Positions 1-12,965 of a DNA stretch of 64,000 nucleotides are shown piece by piece. The first letter of the stretch is position 1. The number at the start of each line of letters is the position of its first letter. This DNA comes from Podarcis filfolensis. Its lineage: Eukaryota. The stretch is from assembly GCA_964270895.1 (NCBI GenBank), contig OZ185440.1; one strand, given 5' to 3'. The translations under genes were made by a program, and so were the position numbers. Below the pieces are notes generated by a model that saw only the letters and a program-made list of their open reading frames with translations, was not told where the DNA came from and did no database searches.

Positions 1-185
1 TTATTGTACAGTTTTATATTTTATTGCTGTAAACTGCTTTGATAAACCATATTTCACAGTGTATAAGACTAGTTTTTTTTCTAAAAAATAATGTCAAAAA
101 TTAGGAGGCGTCTTATAAATCTGAGTCCCCCAAAATAGGGGGGGGGTCTTATACATGGGGGCATCTTATAGACGGAAAAATATGG
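1..185. mobile_element. Right end of a Tc2/pogo-like MITE
   Basis: Repeated GTCTTATA motifs ending in GAAAAATATGG, a decayed form of the GAAAAATACGG-TA terminus seen at 22455 and 40999. Confidence 0.55.
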
Positions 186-328
186 GATATATTTTTAAGA
201 CTTTGCAGTATTTTAAATAAATAAATAAATAAAATAAATAAGAAAGTAGAATAGTTTACTATAAAAGTGCAGACCCAAAATAGCACACTTTACTATTCTA
301 ATTACCAAAAATTTTGGTTCTCCCAAAG

Positions 329-2246
329 GTCTCATGAATTTCAAAGCTTTAATTGAAGAATCTGAAATGAGGAAGTTTCCAGACAATGATTTGCTGCGAC
401 ACCTTCGTTTAGTTACTCAGGACGCAGAGAAATGTGCCTCAGTTGCACAACAGCTTCTTAATGGCAAACGGCAAACTAGGTATGTTTAATATGTGTCTTG
501 TAGCTTGATTTCAAATTCCCAGGGGGTTTATTAGGAAAACTTGCTTCATGTCTTTAAATTATTGTGAGTGTTTAAACATTTTTTGCTTCTAAAAATGCTG
601 AATACAACTCTACAGCATAAAGTGCTGAAAATAGCTAAATTACCTACATTTTTATTGAGGTTAAATGTGATAGAAACGTGCATATCTATGCTTGGCATCA
701 TCAGTTACTATGATGATGGGCATTAAAGGTAAAGGGACCCCTGACCATTAGGTCCAGTTGTGACCGACTCTGGGGTTGCGGTGCTCATCTCGCTTTATTG
801 GCCAAGGGAGCCGGCGTACAGCATGACTAAGCCGCTTCTGGCAAAGCAGAGCAGCACACGGAAATAGCGTTTACCTTCCCGCCGGAGCGGTACCTATTTA
901 TCTACTTGCACTTTGACGTGCTTTTGAACTGCTAGGTTGGCAGGAGCAGGGACTGAGCAACAGGAGCTCACCCTGTCGCGGGGATTCGAACGCCTGACCT
1001 TCTGATCGGCAAGCCCTAGGCTCTGTGGTTTAACCCACAGCGCCACCCGCGTTGGTGACGGGCATTACCTGGAGCTATAGGAGAGCTGAGCAATGTTCAG
1101 TTTCCCTTTGGGAGGAGTGCATGTTTGCAGCAAATAACACAATGAAGTAATTGTTTGTTCGTTCTGCTGTTCTCAGATAGCCACATTGACCTAATTAATA
1201 GGAAATAGCTGCAGACACTCCTGCATCATCAAAGGAACCTTGGTGGCAATCTCCCATATCTTGAGGGGAGGGGTGTTGGCAGGAACAGAGTGTAACTTTC
1301 TTAGGCTTCTTTTAGCAATGGTAAACACCAAAGGAGATTAGAAGGAGCAAAACGGGAGTTGGAAAAGACACAGAGGCAAGCATCAGATAGCCACATTGAC
1401 CTAATTAATAGGAAATAGCTGCAGACACTCCTGCATCATCAAAGGAACCTTGGTGGCAATCTCCCATATCTTGAGGGGAGGGGTGTTGGCAGGAACAGAG
1501 TGTAACTTTCTTAGGCTTCTTTTAGCAATGGTAAACACCAAAGGAGATTAGAAGGAGCAAAACGGGAGTGGGAAAAGACACAGAGGCAAGCATCACATGG
1601 TGCTGAAGAAAATACTTTCTTTCAAAAGCACTCAAGTTTTCTATTTTTACACTTAATGTATTTTGAGTGCACCAGTTCTTTCATTGGCAGAAGCAGCTTC
1701 TCAGTTTTTGAATGAGGAATTTATGTTTGGTGTAGCAGTAGACAATTGGAATGAGCATGGTAAGCAGTAAGATGGCCAACAGCGACACCAAATTATTCAA
1801 GGTAGTAAAAATAAAAGATATGTCTCCTAACAGGGCATTAAAATGGGAAATACAGCTCAGTGCATGTAAGTTTAAAGTAACACACATTGGCACTAAATAA
1901 AACGTCACCAGTGATGTCAGCTGATGGGCGGTTGGACGGGGTTTAGAGAAAATGGCCTTGTAGACCAGTTTTGACTCAGTAGTGGACCAGGTTTGGCCTG
2001 CAAACTGGATGTTCTCCACCCCTAGTGTACAGAAAGTGGAGAGATGTCATCCAATGAGGCTAAATGATGGGAGGTTCAAGACAGATAAAAGGGAGTACTT
2101 CATATAGCTAAACCTTGGAATTCACTATTGCAGGATCTGATGGTGGCCATCGGTTTAGCTTTTAAAGGAGATTAGGCAGATTCATGGACAATAAGACTTG
2201 CAATGGTTCCAAGGGTGACATGCCTCTAAATATTAATAATTGTGGG

Positions 2247-2297
<51 letters not shown>

Positions 2298-3658
2298 TTA
2301 TTTATATCCCGCCCTCCCCAGCCAAAGCTGGGCTCAGGGCGGCTAACAACAATAAAACAGTACAAATGTACAGCACAAACAACACTCTAAAATCATTCAT
2401 TATAAAATTAATTAAATTCAAGCCACTGGCCACCATTGGGCCAGAGCTCCGCGAAGATTGCCAAGGGAGGGAGTCAGGCTGTGCCCAGGCCAAAGGCCTG
2501 GCGGAACAGCTCTGTCTTGCAGGCCCTGCGGAAAGATGTCAAGTCCCGCAGGGCCCTAGTCTCTTGTGACAGAGTGTTCCACCAGGTCGGAGCCACAGCC
2601 AAAAAAGCCCTGGCTCTAGTTGAGGCCAGCCTAACATGTGACTGAGAACTTTCCCCATGATGTCCTCCTTGTGGACTACCCATAGTCATTGGGTTGGTCA
2701 CAGTGGGAAACAGGATTCTGGACTAATAGACTTTTGGTCTGATCCAGCAGGGTTCTTCTAATGTTCATGTGTTGCAGTGTGTTTGTAAAAAAAATTAGAC
2801 CATTTTCTTCTGCACCTTTAAGATTTGCCATTGTTGTATGAAACTTGTGTTGGCTTCATTATTCTCTCAGAAGAGTAAAATTAGCACATTCACACTTCAC
2901 TTGGCATTGACCACATGCTGTTCCCCACCCCTAGCTTATAGGAAGTTTAAATAGCAGGTGAAAAAGTATCAATTGCAACAAAATTCCATCTGCTGTAGGA
3001 ATTTCATTGAACAGCGGGGCAGAAATCCCTTTTTTAAAAAAATCATTTCTGATTATGCAAATAATTGGAAGCATGTTGTAATTATGTCTGTGCGATTGCA
3101 GGTATCGGTCTGGAGGAGGAAAATCTCAAAATCAGCTGACTGTGAATGAACTCCGTTTATTTGTTAGGCAGCTCTATGCTTTACCATGTGTCATCAGCCA
3201 AACAACATTGCTGAAGGTAAATTAGAGCATTCCAGATAATAAATCCTAAGAAAACAGACTCAGATTTCTGAATGTTCCAAGAATTTGGATAGAGAAACAA
3301 ATGCCACTAGAGCCAACAACTTATTGGGACTAAACAAACCATAGTTAAGCTTGTTGGGCAGGGTTCAGGCAATCAAGCAGTCAAGTCAAGTAACCTTTAT
3401 TGGCATCACATAAGAACATTCAGAATACATTTAGAATAGATAGGCCAGTACGATCTCGTCGCCACCCCAACAGCACAGTCACCTGCCAAAGGGCAGAAGA
3501 GGTGAGCAATCTGCCTCATCTCTGTGGGTTTCCAGCAAGGGCAGGATCCTGTAGCATACTTCGGCAACAAAAAATCAAATAGAGGAACTTAGCTACTGTC
3601 TTGGTGAGCTCCTGGTCTTTCCCCTGTAATAATATGTGCTCGATTCAGCAGCACATAG

Positions 3659-3692
<34 letters not shown>

Positions 3693-6600
3693 GGCCCCTG
3701 CGCAATCAAACAAAGAGTGGTTTTAATAAACCATGGGTTAGTGTTTTGTGCAAACCAGACATATATCATATTTTGGGGTATGTATTTGAACATAGTTTTA
3801 AATGAATGTAAATTGGCAGGTCTGCATTTCTGATTTTCTATGCTTTCTTGGTGTAGAAACCTTACCCCAGGGAGTTGTCACTTCCTAAGAACAGGAAGAA
3901 TATGAATTCCGATTGGAGCTCTCCCTGACCAAAATCCAAATCTAATAAAGTTGACTTGGTTAACTCATACAAAATTCTGAAACACATCAGAATTTTTGGT
4001 CATTATTTATTTAAGCAGATCTTGGCAAAGTTGATAAGCTCTTAAAATGAGATTTGTTCAGAAATCTTAAAATCTGAGGAATTGTTATTTTTTTACTTCT
4101 TGGAAACAAATACACCTGGCATTCTGAAAAACCTGCTAGGTGGCTTGCTGTTCAGGTGAAAATGACAGAATAGATTTCATGATATTTTGGTGGGAGAGTT
4201 TTAAACCCTTGACATATTTTGCTGCTTTATATTTCAGGATCTTCTTAATCGTGTGGAAGACTTTCAGAAGTATAGCCAAAAACTCCTCTCTGAAGAAATT
4301 CCCAGTGCTTCAGAAATACAGGAACTGTTGGATGTCAGTTTTGACTTTGATGTTGATCTTCCCCAGCTAAGTGAATTACGGATACGCCTAGAGCAAGCCC
4401 ACTGGCTGGAAGATGTGCAGCATGTTTGCTTGGACCAAAATTCTCTTACTCTGGATGATATGAGAAGACTTATAGACTCTGGTGTTGGGCTCGCTCCTCA
4501 TCCTGCTGTTGAGAAGGCAATGGCTAAGCTGCAAGAGCTGTTGACAGTATCTGAACACTGGGATGACAAGGCTAGAACCCTGATAAAAGCCAGGTAAAAA
4601 CTGAATCTTCCTCTTTCAGAATTATTGCAGTTACCACACACTGCTTTCAAGTAATTATTTTCCCAAACTTTCACAAAAATGAGGAAAGGTGAGTCTGTAG
4701 CACTCTGTGTACAGGAAAGAAAGTGAGATGGTTAACCCATCTTCCACTTGAAGGCATTTGGGTGAAGACGAGTCCTACAATAATGTATTGAGCCTCGTTT
4801 TAACTACAGGCATTAACTTGTTTCTGACCTGTACCACTTTAGACTTCAAGATGGAGCCTTATGTGTCTCCATGCTTCTCTGTATGTATGTACAGTATACA
4901 TGCATACAGAATCTCTGCACATAAAAAACTGTTGTCAGGAAAGTGACCAGGCTAGAACTCTGCCCCGATTCAGTAACCATGTGCACTAGTGAAGACCAGC
5001 ACAAGGGCTCTCACTAGTGTATATGCTTCGCTCCTCCCCCACTTCCCCAAATCCACTCAGAAGGGTCAGGAATACTCCCCAGAGCAGCACATAGGAGGAG
5101 GAAAGATCAGAAGAGTGCAATGTTGAATTCCTCCCTGTTATGTTTATGTTATCACCGTTGGGCTGAGAGGATCCTCCAACTCTTGGTCCCCATTCCCCTG
5201 GTTAAAATGTAAAAATTGCATCTGTGGGGGATATTTTCCTTAGCAAAAAAGCGTTTTGGGGTGGGGGAACGGAGTCTGTGTGTGTATGCATGTGTTTGCT
5301 GAACTGCCTTGCAAGCAGCATATGCAGGCAAAGAGAGCATGGAAGGAGACAGCTGCTTTGGCTTGCTCCTGCTCCCCAGCTGGACAAGGCAGTGGCAGCC
5401 CAGTAGCAGCATCACAACAGAGCCCTTGCACTGCCTTCAGGGCACTCTGATGCAAATGCTGGGCTGCCTCTGCCTTGCCCAACCCATGCACCAAGGCGGC
5501 CTCGGATGGGGCAAGTGCGCTGGCCTGTCTCAGCTGCTGCTGCCTGTGGGGGGGGGGAGTCTAATGGATCCTCCACCCAGTCTGCCGGAGACATGGTGGG
5601 GGTCTCCTTTAAACTTCTCCATTGAGAGGCGGGCAGCTGCACACCCCCAGTGGAGAAGTTTAAAGGAGCCCCCACCTCCCCAGAATCCCTCCCCCCGCGT
5701 CCTCCTTATTGGCCTTCAAGATATGGGAACCTTATGCAGGCAATTCTCAATTTGTGCATGTTCAGCGTTGGAAGAGAAGCAGGGTGGGCTTACACGTATG
5801 ATGACCTGGAATGTGACCCCCACATAAATGGGGGATTGCCTGTAAATTAAACTGAATTATATATTCATTTAATTTGTCTGTTGACATCCCATACTGACAA
5901 TAAGTGCCTTATGATACTATAATTGTAGCAATTTTGCACTAGTGTTTGAGTAATAATACAACATTGTGATCATATATGTTTGTTTATTTTAAGACCACGG
6001 CAGTCATTAAGTAGTCTTGAAGCAGCAGTGAAGGAGATTGAGGAAATTCCTGCTTACCTTCCAAATGGCATAGCTCTGAAAGAGGCTGTAAAAAAGGCCA
6101 GAGACTGGCTACAGGAAGTGGAGGGCTTACAGGTAGGAAAGATACATTTACTCATCATCAGTGATGTTCATTAGTGATTTCACTCTGACTTCATTTGTTT
6201 CTGTAGACTGTGTGGTGTTCAACTGCTGGCAGAAATTTAAGTTGTACAACTGATGTTTCCTTCGGGTAGGGATGGGGAGCCTGTGATCCTTCAGATCTTG
6301 TTGGGACTCCCATCAACCCCAGCCAGCATGTAGTCCAGCAATATCAGGAGTCCCACAAGTTCTCTGTATCTGCCTTAGATAGGCATGCGGCAGAATAATA
6401 CAATTACTTTAATTTTTTTTTAATAATGTTTCTACACTGTTAGGTTGGTGGACGTGTGCCTGTGTTAGATACACTTGTGGAACTTGTGTCTAGAAGTCGC
6501 TCTATTCCAGTACATCTTGAATATCTGCCAAGATTAGAATCATTAGTTGCTGAGGTTCAAACTTGGAAAGAGTGTGCAAGCAATACTTTTTTGACTGAGA

Positions 6601-9600
6601 ATTCACCTTATTCTCTTCTTGAGGTAAGCAGTTTATGGTGTATACATGTTTGCTTTCAATTCAGTATTTGTGATATATACCCACCACATAGAAATTAAGA
6701 GTCAAAGGCTGACTGAAATACCACAAGTATCTTGTTCACATCCACAGGGTACATCAACTGAAAGTATCCCACAAAACTGGACAAGACACCTGACATAGAT
6801 TTGTCCCAACTATGGTATTTGGATCACTATGAAATCAAGAATTTTGGCCTAAAATTGCCTAGCAAAACTCCCATAGCAGGCTTCTGAGGGTTCCAGCATA
6901 CTGTTTCCTGTGGCAGATATCAGCAAACCTTTCACCTCTTTCAAAAGCTCTGCTGGACAGCAACTCGAGGATTTGATGGAGGCTGCAAACTAAGCCTTCA
7001 CTGTTGCCTTCACCACTATGCAGTAGGCACAATTATGTGTTCTAGTAGTAAATGTTCAGTTACCCTCACAGCAGGCCTTATGCCTATTGTGCTTAAGCCA
7101 TTGTCTGGCCTGAAGCTCCACAGAAAACCACAGGGGCATTCAGGCTCCATTGTGTCAATGGCCTATCACATCTCACCATTCCACAGTGAAACTAAGGCCT
7201 CCACATCTTATGCTGCCAGGAATTCACCTAGAATGCAAGAATCCATATTGACAAGTTCCTCACCAAGGCAAAGACAAAAGTATATGCTTTCTGTGTCAGG
7301 CCAGTGACAAACTTATGACTGATCCATGGTTGTCATGGAAGCCATGATGTCCTGAGCTGGACCACATTAATCCTAATTGCCCCTCCAAAAGGTGGCTTTC
7401 ATGGTTCAGAGAGGTCTATCAGGACGATGTTATACATGACTGTGTGCAGTAACTAGTTTGGCCCTTGAGATTCCCAGATAACTATGATATGGGAAGTGGG
7501 ATTATACAAGAAGTAAGTGCTGGAACTGACAGCCCTCAAGGTTCAGGTGACTGATGACTATCAGATTTTAAAAGATGTATTTGCAGTCTTCTGTTTAGTG
7601 TATGCCCCCTCCCATGTTTGTTCTTGGCTACAGCTCATGTTTAGTGATCAGTTAGCTTAACCATGAGTAAAAGGTAAGGTAAAGGTAAAGGACCCCTGGA
7701 CCATGAGTAGCACTTCTGGTAAAGCATTAAGCCAAACCTTGGTTTAACGAGGTGTGGCACAATAGTAAAAAGTACTTGGGAGGAGTAAAATTACTGTGAG
7801 CTCCTCTCCAGGAGCCTGCAAGTTTGTCTTGCTGTGTTTTGCTAAACAGGTCAGTGTCTTGTTGCATCTCTCTTTTTTGACAGCATGACCTTGCATAGAA
7901 CATCCTGATTCGGATGGATCTTTATTGCTTTTGCCACAACAGACTAACACAGCTACTGTGGATTGGCCATTTACAAGGAGGATACGATTATGTTGTTTTA
8001 CACCAGGATGAATAATGGTTGTTCTGACTCTTCACCAGGTGTTGTGTCCAAGATGTGATATTGGAACATTGGGATTTAAAAGAAAAATGAAGAAATTAAA
8101 AGAGCCTGTCCCAAATGGAAAAAAGAAGAACACCAAATTAGAGAGTTTAAATGATTTGGAAAGAGCTTTATCTGAGAGTAAGGAAACTGCTGCTGCGGTA
8201 TGTATACTGTTAGAAATGGGTTTGGAAATAGGTGTTCAGTAGATTAAGCTTTTCTCTTGCTTTGTTCTTTTATGATGCTTCATTTCTTCCATTTCCTTCG
8301 GTGTGGAGATGCACACTAATCCTTTTTTGTCTAGTACAGTCATACCTCGGGTCGCGAACGTGATCCATGCAGGAGGCACATTCGCAACCTGCAGCACCGC
8401 ATCTGCGCATGCTCATGAGGTGATTTGGCGCTTCTGTGCATGACGTCATTTTGTGCTTCTGCACGAGCGCCGAAACCTGGAAGTAACCCGTTCCGGTACT
8501 TCTTGGTTCGGCACGGTCCGGAGCATTCGTAACCCGAGGTATGACTGTATATCTTTTTATGTTCTCTCCCAAATAAAGAGGGCATGTTTTAATACATTTT
8601 TTAAAAATGGACTTTCTGAGGATTGAGATAAGATGTGTTTGGGATGGATCTTCTGTTAATGAAAGTCAAGCCTCTTACTCTACATGTAAGAGTATCCCTT
8701 AACATTTGATGAAGTGTCAGACAATATGCCATTTAAAAAAAAGGTTCAAAAAGAATGCATCTGGTTTGACTCCCTAGTTGGAATCATAGAATTGTAGAGT
8801 TTGCAGGGACCCTGAGGATCATCTAAAGCTTTCTTGCAAGATTTGGAGAAAATTATAGTTGAGCCCTTCAAGTTTAAAAACCTTGCTCTGAGGAATTTGA
8901 CTGTTTTCATGTCATTTTCTTCCAGATGGCCACACTTGGTGAAGCCCGCTTAAAGGAGATGGAAGCACTGCATTCACTTAGAGCAGCAAATGAAAAAAAA
9001 ATATTCTCCACTGAACAGGATGTAGAGATCAAAGTTTGTCTCTGCCAGAGTGAGCCCGCAGCACCAATGATACAGTGTGAACTATGCAGAGCGGTCTTCC
9101 ATACCAGCTGTGTTTCAGTGCCCAGAACTTTGCAGGAACCTCGGGTGTGGCTCTGCCCTCACTGTCATAGATCTGAAAAGCCACCTTTAGAAAAGATTCT
9201 ACCTTTACTGGCTTCCTTGCAGCGTATTCGAGTGAGACTGCCTGAGGGAGATGCTTTACGGTATATGATAGAGAGAACCGTGAACTGGCAACATAGAGCA
9301 CAGCAGATGTTGTCCTCAGGGAATATAAAACTCATACAAGACAAAGTGGGCTCAGGTATACTGTACAGCAGATGGCAAACCATGGCAGGCCAGTTGCAAG
9401 AGACAAGTAAGGTAAGGTTCTCCTTGATAAGGGGAGCTCACCAGGATGTGTTGCGCAACATCCAACTGACACATTTATCTAAACTCTGAGCCAACAATAC
9501 TGTGGTAAATTATTAAGGAATTACATGCTAATTCCCAGTCTTGGTTCACACACATTTATTACTTAATGGATTGTCCTATTAGGCCATGAATTCTACTCTC

Positions 9601-12600
9601 CCTCCTTGATACGTAGCCTTGTTGTGGATTTAAGCTGCCTTATGTTCCTGTCCTAAACTGTATCATTTAGAATAAAGTAAATCCTCCTTATCAGTCTTGC
9701 GTCTCTGGCCCTTCATCAGCTCCTCTGTCATGGACCTCCAGTCTGCTTGTGGACAAGCTGATCTGATGTCAGTCTGTTTAGCTGGGTTGGGATGAAACTT
9801 GTTTGACTATTTGTCTTGGGGGGGGTAACACCCTCCTCCCCCAAGGTCTAATTAGATTTGACTATGTGGTATCACAAGGCCAAACTGGAGAGAAGGCAAA
9901 AATTTGCCATCATTTTAAAGTGGTGTAAATGTTGACCCCTCTAGTGTCTTCCCCAAATGAAATGGTTATGTGTTTTTCATGGAAAATGAGGCTCCTTTCT
10001 CCCCTACCTTAATGTGATAGTCTTTTGTCTGCAAAGGACAGGCACATCTTGCATGGCAATGTGAGATAAGCTTTGCTCAATCAGACTAAAGGTCTAGTGT
10101 GGTATCCTGTGTAGTACTTAATTTTGTATGTCATGAATCTACTGCCAAGGAGTTTCATTGAGTTACCCCAATTTCTGATGTTATAAGAGAGAGTAAAAAA
10201 TAGAACACTTTCACTTTCTCCATAACGTACAGTATAACATTGTTAACTTCTGTCACATTCCCATTTAATCATTTATTCTTATCTAAAAAGCCCCAAATCC
10301 ATTCAGGAAGGTGATCAACAATGTTGGTTGCCCTTTTCTTTCCTGTTTTCTCTGTGCCTTTTTTGAGACGAGGCAATCATAACATGGAATTTGCTTTTGT
10401 TACTTCTACACACATGAGTTGACATTTTTCGTTAGTTGTCTCTTTAACCCCCTAAAACTTTTTCCCCCAAGTCACAGACAGATTAGAACCTATTACTGAA
10501 TGTGTGGTTAGAATGTTTTGCCCCTTCACATTTCAATGGCTTTTCATTTGCTACTTTTTGCTGGCCGTCCACCCAGTTTGGTGAGATGCTTTTTGGAGTT
10601 CCTCACATGTTTGTTGAGTTTTCACAATCCTGGATAAATTGGTACTGTATTTACTGCAAACTTTGCTACGTCACCCCTAACTCCAGATCACTTATGACTA
10701 AATTAAAGAGCATCTGCTCCAATACTGATAATGCCTACATGCATTACTCTGTTGTGGAAAATTGTTTATTCCTCACTTCTGCTTCCTGTTTCTTAATCAG
10801 TTTCCAGTCCAAAAGAGGACCTAATCCAGTGATTTCAGTTTGTTTTAGATGGTTATAATATTGTGTTTTAAATTGTTGTAGCCAGACATAGCACCTTATG
10901 GTGAAGAGTGGCTAATAAATTGAAATAATAATTATAGAACTTTCTAAAACTAAGATATTGGGCATGTCATTTTAATCAATTGTCAATTTAAAGTTACGTT
11001 TTAATACCATGATCATTCAAGTTCACAGCATGTTAAAGAAATAAGGTGGTGTTTAATTGCTTCTCTTTAATTAGGTTTCACAGACAATTGGTGCGACATC
11101 TTTCTCTTTGCCACATGACTGGAATAACAGACCCATGCATTTACACTCTCCTTTCTCTACAGGACAAAACTGCATCCCCCTTCATGGTAAGTATGCTGTA
11201 CTTATCATTCATCAGTGTGAAATCCTAAACATAACATTATGAGCTCCTTTGTGTAGGGTCTTGTAGGCAGAGAGTTTGTAAAAATAATTTCAATTTGCTT
11301 GATGTGCTTTGGAAAGAAAAGTTTTAAAGCTTCACCATTTTTAAACTTCACCACTGATAATTAAAAATTATTTTGTTTGTCACTCTAGCCATTAGTGCAG
11401 AGCTGAATGAACTGATGATGGAAGCCCAACTACTACAGGTTTCACTACCCGAAATACAAGAGTTGTATGAGATCTTATTCACAAAGCAAAGCCCAGTTGC
11501 AAAGACAGAACAGAGGTCACCAGTAGGACCAACAAGTGAAAAGGTAAGCTTTTAGGACTGGGGTCCATCTCAGAAAGGGAGTGATTGCTTGAATCTGCTG
11601 GTTTTGAAAATCTTGTTTTAATTGCTGTAATGTAAATATAGGCTCCCCCCCCCCATCAACAGTGCACATGCACACACAGAAGCATTTTCCTGTGTATCAC
11701 TTTTATTTCTCCCCTCCCTCAACATCAGCCACTAGGAGATGATAGAGAGGGCACACTAGAAATCCAGCTCAGTTGTTTCTCTGTACCCCATTCCCCCAAA
11801 AAACACACCAGATGTGCAGTTCCAATGGAATTCTTACAAATGTTCTGTTGCATAAGCTTTGCCAAACCAAAGCTCTAATGTCCAGGTTTTTGTGACATTG
11901 CTTACATTCTAAAAGTGGTTAGGGATAGCTTGCATGCTGTGGCAGTTCACAGCTGATATGTGTGCTCTCAATATTAATTCCCTTGCACTTAAAAGGTGAC
12001 AGGAGGTTTTTTGTGTCTGTGTTGAAAAAATGGTAAAACTTTTCAAAAAAAAATCTCATTCTTAAGTGCTATAAGAAAGAGATGCTGAAGTATTACGCTT
12101 AATATGTGCTTCTCATTAAATGTGTGGATGGTTACTGCATAGCATGCAGAAGTATAAGGAACTGGCTACGTGGTACTTTATGAACTTCTAATGCATGTTT
12201 CTTGTAGACTGATTTTTGTCGAGGGAAGAGAGATGGAATTTGCTCTGTGGAAAGGAAGCTGAAGAGACATTTTGAGAGAGGAGATTTCTGCGGTGAGATG
12301 AGAACACGAGTCAGAAAAATAGCTCCCAACAAGAAAAAACTGAAATTATCTCATTTGAGGGAACTGGGTACTAGCAAGCTGGAAAGAAACAGGTTGTTTG
12401 ACATACAGCGGTCTGGTGAAAGCCAGTTGCTTCTTTCGGATATGTCCTTCTCTGAACAAGAAGAATCTGAAGATGAGGATGCCATCTGCCCAGCTGTCAA
12501 CTGCCTACAACCTGAAGGTGATGAGGTAAGTTGAAGGAAATATCTGTAAAGGATGTAAAAATGCATGGTTTGGTAGAATCATAGAGATGGAGGGGGCATT

Positions 12601-12965
12601 GTAGGCCACCCAGGACAAACAAACCCAGTTCTTTCAGCCTTTCACCCTAAGACTATTTTCTGAACACCAGTTTTTCTATCTCCTCAAAGTATTGTGCCCA
12701 GTACAGGATATGGTACTAGTAGACTGCTAGACTTGTAGCTACAGAAAACTTGCTAGCAAACAGATATAAAAGTGATGTACTATATTTGTTGTTGTGTGAA
12801 GACTTTTAACTCTCTCTTTGTGTCTAGGTGGACTGGGTCCAGTGTGATGGCTGCTGCAATCAGTGGTTCCATCAAGTATGTGTGGGTGTCTCTCCAGAAA
12901 TGGCAGAAAAAGAAGACTACATATGTGTGAGCTGTACGGGAAAGGACTCCCCATATCGAAAGTAA
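329..12965 (+). CDS. KDM5B: Lysine demethylase 5B, 3' part (PLU-1 region, PHD2, PHD3, C-terminus); 11 exons, gene starts upstream of the window
   Basis: Exons 329-479, 3102-3216, 4238-4593, 5994-6132, 6444-6623, 8039-8197, 8926-9411, 11075-11186, 11389-11543, 12208-12525, 12828-12965 (TAA). All introns GT-AG and phases join into one frame. Translation ([47 protein letters not shown]; [19 protein letters not shown]; [35 protein letters not shown]) matches recalled human KDM5B. Confidence 0.97.
726..1052 (-). mobile_element. Sauria SINE
   Basis: (ACCTTT)n-type tail (AAAGGTAAAGGGACCCCTG on +) and tRNA-like head. Flanking TSD TGATGATGGGCATTA (711-725) / TGGTGACGGGCATTA (1053-1067). Lacks about 20 bp present in the copy at 36365. 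Confidence 0.9.
1173..1595. repeat. 210-bp tandem duplication (two near-identical copies)
   Basis: TCAGATAGCCACATTGAC begins at 1173 and at 1383. Copies differ at one base on my reading (GAGTT/GAGTG). Confidence 0.95.
1740..2767 (+). mobile_element. Old decayed CR1 LINE remnant, interrupted by a younger L2 and a DNA-transposon fragment
   Basis: Remnants of the RT motifs DTKLFKVVK and [19 protein letters not shown], a CR1-like 3' region at 2050-2220, and the terminus GGTCTGATCCAGCAGGGTTCTTCTAATGTTC near 2737-2767. Confidence 0.65.
2247..2635 (-). mobile_element. L2 LINE 3' end with (TAA)n tail
   Basis: Minus-strand [48 protein letters not shown] is a typical L2 ORF2 C-terminus; microsatellite tail at 2247-2294. 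Confidence 0.85.
3380..3635 (-). mobile_element. 5'-truncated LINE 3' end (RTE/RTEX-like, tentative), fused head-to-head with the U6 copy
   Basis: Minus strand reads [28 protein letters not shown] (LINE ORF2 C-terminus-like), then a 3'UTR with AATAAA and a (CTTGA)n-type tail. Confidence 0.65.
3636..3705 (+). pseudogene. 3'-truncated U6 snRNA retrocopy (nt 1-70)
   Basis: GTGCTCGATTCAGCAGCACATAGACTAAAATTGGAACGATACAGAGAAGATTAGCATGGCCCCTGCGCAA matches 67/70 nt of the vertebrate U6 5' portion, including the ACAGAGA box. The 3' third and U-tail are absent. Confidence 0.95.
7670..7699 (-). mobile_element. 30-bp 3' tip of a Sauria SINE/BovB-type retroposon with a perfect 10-bp TSD
   Basis: ACCATGAGTA at 7660-7669 and 7700-7709 flanks AAAGGTAAGGTAAAGGTAAAGGACCCCTGG. 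Confidence 0.85.
8337..8547. mobile_element. Tc1/mariner-type MITE
   Basis: TIR CAGTCATACCTCGGGT / ACCCGAGGTATGACTG with TA on both flanks. Confidence 0.9.

Noticed and set aside
1681-2019. 112-aa minus-strand ORF with a hydrophobic C-terminus, superficially like a viral envelope tail
   Set aside because: It is the antisense frame of a decayed CR1 RT remnant visible on the plus strand ([19 protein letters not shown]).
2162-2569. Poly-Ile / poly-Asn ORFs (also at 60344-60571)
   Set aside because: Translations of (TAA)n LINE tails.
3636-3705. Functional U6 snRNA gene
   Set aside because: Only nt 1-70, three substitutions, no 3' stem or U-tract, and the upstream sequence is LINE rather than PSE/TATA.
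5152-5850. Cluster of overlapping ORFs up to 172 aa
   Set aside because: GC-rich decayed transposon interior (MITE-like right end near 5843); no recognisable domain.
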